DNA of 64,000 nucleotides from a virus. This document shows positions 58,962 through 64,000 of this stretch, in pieces. Made by a program: the position numbers and the translations under genes. Under the pieces are notes generated by a model. The model worked only from the letters and a program-made list of their open reading frames with translations, ran no database searches and was not told the DNA's origin. Within the stretch, counting starts at the first letter, position 1, and each line of letters begins with the position of its first letter. The stretch is from IMG/VR virus record IMGVR_UViG_3300023174_000104, positions 32,689 to 96,688 of that record; one strand, given 5' to 3'.

Positions 58962-59270
58962 ATGAACAAATTAGTTAGAGATGGAATGGTTGCTGTATTG
59001 TATAGTCCTGACTATGGTGCAGGCTGGTATACATGGAATAGCGACCATCCTGAATTATTATTTGATCCTGGAATCGTTCAGTTGGTAGAAGAAAACAAAT
59101 GGGATGAATTGAAAACATATGTTACATTAAAGTATCCTAAGTTATATACCGGTGGAATGGACAATTTGAAAGTAGCATTGATACCTGAAGGTGCAATGTT
59201 CAGAGTAAATGAATATGACGGTGACGAATCTATTGAATTGAAAGATGATATAGATTGGTTTACGGCATAA
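58962..59270 (+). CDS. Conserved phage protein
   Basis: VAVLYSPDYGAGW...FRVNEYDGDESI. Confidence 0.6.
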   Translation: MNKLVRDGMVAVLYSPDYGAGWYTWNSDHPELLFDPGIVQLVEENKWDELKTYVTLKYPKLYTGGMDNLKVALIPEGAMFRVNEYDGDESIELKDDIDWFTA

Positions 59271-59293
59271 GTAAATATTAGAGAGGCTGATTT

Positions 59294-59530
59294 ATGAATA
59301 AAAAGATTAAAGACCTTGTTAAACAGGCTGGCTTTGTTACTTGGGCTAACGAACCACATAGTCCGGGCCCAGGTAACATTGATTGGTCTAGTTCATATGA
59401 TAAAGAACTAGAAAAGTTTTATGAATTGATTGTACGTGAATGTGCCAAAGAAGTTAATGATGTATACAAACAGGGTGGCGGCACCTATGCTGAAACTATT
59501 TTAAAGAAAATGAATATTAAAATAAAATGA
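59294..59530 (+). CDS. Hypothetical protein
   Basis: LEKFYELIVRECA motif; RBS GAGG. Confidence 0.6.
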   Translation: MNKKIKDLVKQAGFVTWANEPHSPGPGNIDWSSSYDKELEKFYELIVRECAKEVNDVYKQGGGTYAETILKKMNIKIK

Positions 59531-59549
59531 TATTTTATGCATCCTAAAT

Positions 59550-59747
59550 ATGAAAAATAAAGAACAAATTATAACCGAAATGTGTTACACATATCGTCAT
59601 GACTATGGATTAGATAAAGATCCTAATAGTCCATCATGGTGTGCAGGAATGACACCAGAAGAACGTAAAGGATTATATAATACTATGCTTCAAATTTATG
59701 AGAATAATATTGAACCATTACTTAAACAGCAAGGAGCACAGAAATGA
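59550..59747 (+). CDS. Hypothetical protein
   Basis: 65-aa ORF, MCYTYRHDYGL. Confidence 0.55.
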   Translation: MKNKEQIITEMCYTYRHDYGLDKDPNSPSWCAGMTPEERKGLYNTMLQIYENNIEPLLKQQGAQK

Positions 59748-59908
59748 CAAATGATAACCGTGTAGAAATTGAATTAGATTTAAATGAACATGAGATATAT
59801 TTGTTGGCTATGGAAGCACATAAGCGAGATATCACACTAAATAAGATGATAGAGAATATTTTGCAAGAAGTTATTGATAAACACAAAGTCAACGGAACAC
59901 TTGGGTAA
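59744..59908 (+). CDS. Small hypothetical protein
   Basis: RBS AAGGAG; MTNDNRVEIELDL...AMEAHKRDITLNKMIENIL. Confidence 0.55.
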   Translation: MTNDNRVEIELDLNEHEIYLLAMEAHKRDITLNKMIENILQEVIDKHKVNGTLG

Positions 59909-59935
59909 AACGTTATATTAGTATAGGAGATAGTT

Positions 59936-60250
59936 ATGAAAAAAATTCTAGTAGCATTATCACTTTTAGCCTTAACAGGCACAGCAATGGCTCAACATTA
60001 TCATGGTCACGGATTTCGTCATCATGGGCATCACTATAATCATCATCGTGGTTCAAATTTTGGTTGGTGGGTAGCACCAGTTGTAGTCGGTGCTATTGGA
60101 TATGAACTTGGTCGTCAGCAAGTCATTGTACAGCAACCGCCGATTGTAATTCAACAACAAACTGTACCTCCTAGTATAACCTGTACTGATTGGAAAGAAA
60201 TTCAAGGATCTGATGGTAAAATATATAGAGAACGTACTTGTACTCAGTGA
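59936..60250 (+). CDS. Secreted His-rich protein
   Basis: Signal peptide MKKILVALSLLALTGTAMA, His-rich tract, C-terminal Cys pair. Confidence 0.65.
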   Translation: MKKILVALSLLALTGTAMAQHYHGHGFRHHGHHYNHHRGSNFGWWVAPVVVGAIGYELGRQQVIVQQPPIVIQQQTVPPSITCTDWKEIQGSDGKIYRERTCTQ

Positions 60251-60295
60251 CCATAACAGCTTGTGTGATATTGTTCAATATGCTACAATTTGTAG

Positions 60296-60583
60296 ATGAA
60301 CAATATTTTTTATGGAATTTTTAATTGGATCAAAGATGATTATCACACTCATCCTTTTAGGTTTGTCATTGAGTTGCTTGCTTGGGGTATTTCAATTGGG
60401 TGTTCGATTGCCATGGCTGTCACAGTCCCCAATCCTCCCTTACTTACTCTTTACCCTATATGGATCTTCGGTTGTGGTCTCTATGCTTGGGCTAGTTTTA
60501 CTAGGAAATCTTTTGGGATGTTGGCTAACTACATGCTACTTGTAACAATTGATAGTGTTGGATTAATAAGGATGTTAATGTGA
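60296..60583 (+). CDS. Membrane protein
   Basis: Three hydrophobic segments. Confidence 0.6.
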   Translation: MNNIFYGIFNWIKDDYHTHPFRFVIELLAWGISIGCSIAMAVTVPNPPLLTLYPIWIFGCGLYAWASFTRKSFGMLANYMLLVTIDSVGLIRMLM

Positions 60584-60915
60584 TAAACAAAATAGAAAAA
60601 TACTTTTTCTTTACCGGAAATGCTACACGCAGTGAATATTGGGGTGTTAATATTATCTCATATTTGCTATTAGTACCTATATTAATAGTAGGTATAATAT
60701 TTACTTTTGGTGGACTACTAGGATCAGTAGTAGGTGGATTATTGATTTTAGTCGGGGTAGTAGCATTGTCATGGGCTGTACTTGCAACTACAGCAAGACG
60801 GTGCCGAGATGCGGGTATCAATCCCTGGTTCGCAGGAACCATATTGATACCATGGCTAGCTATTATACCTTTTATTGTTTTTGGATGTTTAAAATCAAAT
60901 CTATCTGATAAATAA
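60580..60915 (+). CDS. DUF805-like membrane protein
   Basis: FTGNATRSEYW...LATTARRCRDAG. Confidence 0.75.
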   Translation: MINKIEKYFFFTGNATRSEYWGVNIISYLLLVPILIVGIIFTFGGLLGSVVGGLLILVGVVALSWAVLATTARRCRDAGINPWFAGTILIPWLAIIPFIVFGCLKSNLSDK

Positions 60916-60918
60916 TAG

Positions 60919-62016
60919 ATGCGTATTGATGAAGTGATTGACAAACAAGACCAAAAAATCTTAAAAGCTGAATGGAACATGCTTCAACAAAGCGATCCAT
61001 TAGGCAACAAATATATGGATGCTAGAGGTCCTGCAAAATATAACCCAAGTAGGTTAGCCTCTATTGCAGGAATAAATAATCCACAGAACTATCCATCTAC
61101 TACAAACAGTAAGCCTGAAGTTAAAGCAATGGTAGCAGATAAGGCAAATAGTAGCTTAAAACTATTATTTTATATTATGGCTTGGGGAGGCATGGTTAAT
61201 CGTGCTAACAATCCTAAACTGTTATATAGGAAATTAAAAACAGATAAAGAAGCTAGACGCACAGTCAATGATGCATTAAATGAAATTCGTTTTGGAAATA
61301 TATCAAATGCTCAAGCCTTTGATTTAATGCAAAGTTTACGTAAACAAGGTATATTGCCTGGATTAGGTGTAAGTTTTTTCACAAAGGTATTATACTTTTT
61401 ACGTCCGGGTAAAAACGCATTCATATTGGATCAATTCACCGCCAAAGGAATGAATTACCTACATAGTAAAGATCCACAAAATTATCCACAGATTGATATG
61501 GATAATGATTTCCCTGCTAATAATTTAACTGGCGCAGATTATGATGCATACAATAAAGGATTACGCCAACTATCAATAGACTTGAAAAAGACTGTGGGTA
61601 ATCTTAGTGATGAAGATGCAGAGTTTTTATTGTTCAATCCATTTGGTGGGCAATTTAGACCGGTAGCTGATAAGTATCATGCTAGTCGTACCGATTTGAA
61701 GAAGAAAGATCCGGGTCGTTTTAAATATATTCAACGTGCTATGCAAGCTAAACAAGAAAAAGAATTAGCGCAACAGCAACAGCAACAACAAAGTCAACTT
61801 TCACAAAGTAGTGGGCAAGCACAAGATTTGTGGAATAAACATATGACCGCTAATAGTGCTGTAGCCGCAAAATTCCGTAGTTTAAGCCCAGATACAAAAC
61901 AAGATTTCCAAACAGAATTCATTGATGATGTAGCAGAAGCATTACGCAATGGGTCCGATGCTAATTTAGCAATACAACAACTATTAAAGAACTACCAGGG
62001 TATTTCCGAAAGTTGA
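60919..62016 (+). CDS. HhH/OGG-like DNA glycosylase-domain protein
   Basis: IMAWGG...LPGLGVSFFTKVLYF...FILDQF; Gln-rich C-terminal region. Confidence 0.55.
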   Translation: MRIDEVIDKQDQKILKAEWNMLQQSDPLGNKYMDARGPAKYNPSRLASIAGINNPQNYPSTTNSKPEVKAMVADKANSSLKLLFYIMAWGGMVNRANNPKLLYRKLKTDKEARRTVNDALNEIRFGNISNAQAFDLMQSLRKQGILPGLGVSFFTKVLYFLRPGKNAFILDQFTAKGMNYLHSKDPQNYPQIDMDNDFPANNLTGADYDAYNKGLRQLSIDLKKTVGNLSDEDAEFLLFNPFGGQFRPVADKYHASRTDLKKKDPGRFKYIQRAMQAKQEKELAQQQQQQQSQLSQSSGQAQDLWNKHMTANSAVAAKFRSLSPDTKQDFQTEFIDDVAEALRNGSDANLAIQQLLKNYQGISES

Positions 62017-62049
62017 CATAAATACGTTTCCTATGCTATAATATGCATT

Positions 62050-62208
62050 ATGAAACGAAAAATCTTATCATTCACTATTGAACAGCCCAAACATCGGGCT
62101 CATAGAGTGTTGTTTTCTTGCAACACTCCGTTCAAACCTAAGGTTGTGCAATCCAAAAAAGGTGAGTACATTCGTAAATTCAAGCATCCAAATCGCACCG
62201 AAATTTGA
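62050..62208 (+). CDS. ArfA-like ribosome rescue peptide
   Basis: MKRKILSFTIEQPKHRAHRVLFSCNTPFKPKVVQSKKGEYIRKFKHPNRTEI*; resembles ArfA F-x3-V-x3-KKGKGSY-x-RK-x-KH. Confidence 0.5.
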   Translation: MKRKILSFTIEQPKHRAHRVLFSCNTPFKPKVVQSKKGEYIRKFKHPNRTEI

Positions 62209-62265
62209 CAATAAATGATTTTGGTGCTACAATACTTGTATTGAATCATTAAAAGGAAACAAAAA

Positions 62266-62490
62266 ATGACACTTAAACAAAAAGCATTACTTCAAACAGT
62301 GGGAATCATTACTACAACTACAGCAGGATCATTCCTGTTAACATATCTAGTTTCTGTGATTAGCAAAGATATGTTGGTATACATTGTTAGTTTTGGATTG
62401 TTCGGATTATTGTTCTATGCTATTTATGGGCTTATTTTAAGCAGGCTTGAGTCTAATGAAACTTTGGATAAATTGTCATCCAAAATTTGA
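62266..62490 (+). CDS. Small membrane protein
   Basis: Two TM segments; RBS AAGGA; early promoter at 62205. Confidence 0.55.
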   Translation: MTLKQKALLQTVGIITTTTAGSFLLTYLVSVISKDMLVYIVSFGLFGLLFYAIYGLILSRLESNETLDKLSSKI

Positions 62491-62544
62491 CAATAAATGG
62501 TTTTAGTGCTATAATAGAGTCTTATTCAGTCAAAAGGAGTTCTT

Positions 62545-62820
62545 ATGAACATTAAACAAGTTAATACAGCTATCATGCAAGGTGACTTCACTAATGAAGA
62601 ATTGAATAGCATCGGTGATGCAATTCGTTTTGCCCGTGCCCAACTAGTGGTGCGTAACAAATCGGTATTGACGATCGGATCCAATGTTAAATTCACTAGT
62701 TCAACTCGTGGTACAATCTCCGGTGTTGTAAAGAAAATCAATCGTAAATTTATTATTGTGGATCAACCGGGTCAGTTCCGTAGTTGGAAAGTGCCCGCTA
62801 GCATGTTGGAGGTTTTATGA
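62545..62820 (+). CDS. SH3/KOW-like small protein
   Basis: LTIGSNVKF...GVVKKINRKFIIV...WKVPASML. Confidence 0.55.
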   Translation: MNIKQVNTAIMQGDFTNEELNSIGDAIRFARAQLVVRNKSVLTIGSNVKFTSSTRGTISGVVKKINRKFIIVDQPGQFRSWKVPASMLEVL

Positions 62821-62990
62821 ATTATTTTATTGGAATTGTGATTGTTGTTGCCCTTGTTGCGCTTGGGCCACTATTGACTATTTGGTCATTGAATGTGTTG
62901 TTCCCGTTGTTAGCTATTAAGTACTCATTAGAGTCCTGGTTAGCTGTAGTAATTTTAGGTGGATTGTTTAATATTAGGAATACAAAATGA
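62817..62990 (+). CDS. Small membrane protein
   Basis: MNYFIGIVIVVALVALGPLLTIWSLNVLFP...; RBS GGAGG. Confidence 0.55.
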   Translation: MNYFIGIVIVVALVALGPLLTIWSLNVLFPLLAIKYSLESWLAVVILGGLFNIRNTK

Positions 62991-63148
62991 GTGAATTAGA
63001 AATTGATATTGTTGAAATGTTAGTTCAAGGTACCCATCCTGCAACTATCGCCGCTGTACTTGATGTACCTGTAACATGGGTATATGAAATGTCCGATTCC
63101 TTACAGGCTAAGGAAGTGTTTAGCCCGTTTAGAACGGTAAACTCCTAA
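62987..63148 (+). CDS. Small HTH-like protein
   Basis: EMLVQGTHPATIAAVLDVPVTWV. Confidence 0.5.
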   Translation: MSELEIDIVEMLVQGTHPATIAAVLDVPVTWVYEMSDSLQAKEVFSPFRTVNS

Positions 63149-63212
63149 ATTTGACAATAAATGGATAGTGTGATACAATAGAATCTTAGACAGTTAAATA
63201 AAGGACTAACAA

Positions 63213-63629
63213 ATGGCTTACATGAATCAGGAACGCAAACAGAAAATTGCTCAAGCTCTCAAGCCAATCTTGGCTAAGTACAAAGTTAAAGGTTCACTAA
63301 GTGTCCGGAATCACATGACCATTGTGTTGACCCTCAAATCTGGTATTATTGATTTTATTGGCAACAGCAATCGTGTTTGTGGTAACGACCACTATCAAGT
63401 GGCTCGTGGTTTCAAACCCAACACAAACAGTTACGATCAGGTAAATCAATATTGGTTTCAGGATCATTATGATGGCGTTGCTAAGGAATTCTTGACCGAG
63501 GCATTTCAGGCATTAAAAGCCGCTGATTGGTATGATGAATCGGATGCAATGACAGATTATTTTAATACAGCATATTATGTTGATGTTAACATCGGCAATT
63601 GGAACAAACCTTACGTTTTGGAGAAATAA
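63213..63629 (+). CDS. Conserved hypothetical phage protein
   Basis: WYDESDAMTDYFNTAYYVDVNIGNWNKPY. Confidence 0.65.
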   Translation: MAYMNQERKQKIAQALKPILAKYKVKGSLSVRNHMTIVLTLKSGIIDFIGNSNRVCGNDHYQVARGFKPNTNSYDQVNQYWFQDHYDGVAKEFLTEAFQALKAADWYDESDAMTDYFNTAYYVDVNIGNWNKPYVLEK

Positions 63630-63630
63630 A

Positions 63631-63786
63631 ATGAACAGTTATTGGGTAATGGTAAAATATAAAGATGAACCGGGCGCAGGATTTTCCCGGGCATATATTA
63701 ACGCAGACAATCCTTTCCAAGCAATTGCAATGGCAAGGTCAATGTATGGCAGGTTACTGATTAGTGAATCAGCTAACCCGGCTTAA
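63631..63786 (+). CDS. Small hypothetical protein
   Basis: MNSYWVMVKYKD...ADNPFQAIAMARSMYG; RBS GGAG. Confidence 0.55.
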   Translation: MNSYWVMVKYKDEPGAGFSRAYINADNPFQAIAMARSMYGRLLISESANPA

Positions 63787-63902
63787 TCAAATAATGGGTA
63801 ACACAATATTTGACAATAATGTCCAGTTGTGTTATCATTATAACAGTGCTGAGTGATATCAGTACATTTTTTAAACTTAGCTTTTTATTTAAAGGAAACA
63901 CA

Positions 63903-64000
63903 ATGGCTAATTCTAATCAAACTTTCAAAGTCGCTGGTATTACTATTCACAATGGTAACGCTAAAGTTCGTTTCACAGATGACATGGTCCGTCGTATTAA
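63903..64000 (+). CDS. Hypothetical protein, 5' partial
   Basis: RBS AAGGA; MANSNQTFKVAGITIHNGNAKVRFTDDMVRRI... Confidence 0.55.
   Translation, partial: MANSNQTFKVAGITIHNGNAKVRFTDDMVRRI

Larger units (their letters stand above)
62013..63840 (+). promoter_or_regulatory. Cluster of early sigma70-type promoters (TTGACAATAAAT-type -35 with TAYAAT/TATCAT -10)
   Basis: -35 hexamers at 62013, 62205, 62487, 63151, 63810; same motif at 39150, 40367, 42995, 43759, 43840, 53816, 58363. Confidence 0.8.

Overview
AT-rich segment of a large T4-like (myovirus/jumbo-type) phage genome, probably infecting a proteobacterium. In order, it holds: the 3' end of the major capsid gene; a ~23 kb block of giant Asn/Gly/Thr-rich tail-fibre-like genes; nrdA/nrdB, glutaredoxin, a PAAR protein, a SleB-like hydrolase, iscU and ahpC/ahpD; a ~15 kb tRNA region; and short early genes behind repeated TTGACAATAAAT promoters, including an ArfA-like ORF. 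The tRNA region has 26 tRNA or tRNA-like genes covering all 20 amino acids, one with a group I intron. It is interleaved with structured ncRNA candidates, homing endonucleases, a subtilase/modifying-enzyme cluster and rpoZ. Best candidate for a new system: directly upstream of the tRNA region, a 45-codon ORF (38935-39072) uses all 20 amino acids and 33 distinct codons. Its last codons and stop can form an antiterminator that competes with a strong intrinsic terminator (39099-39134), suggesting a general tRNA-depletion-sensing attenuator controlling the phage tRNA array. Other highlights are a tRNA-Arg(ACG)-like gene with no D-arm and a D-loop-like segment in the variable region, two ncRNA candidates sharing a covarying 3' domain, repeated RNase III-like stems, boxA-like sites, and many apparently leaderless late genes. 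All calls were made by eye; no searches were run.
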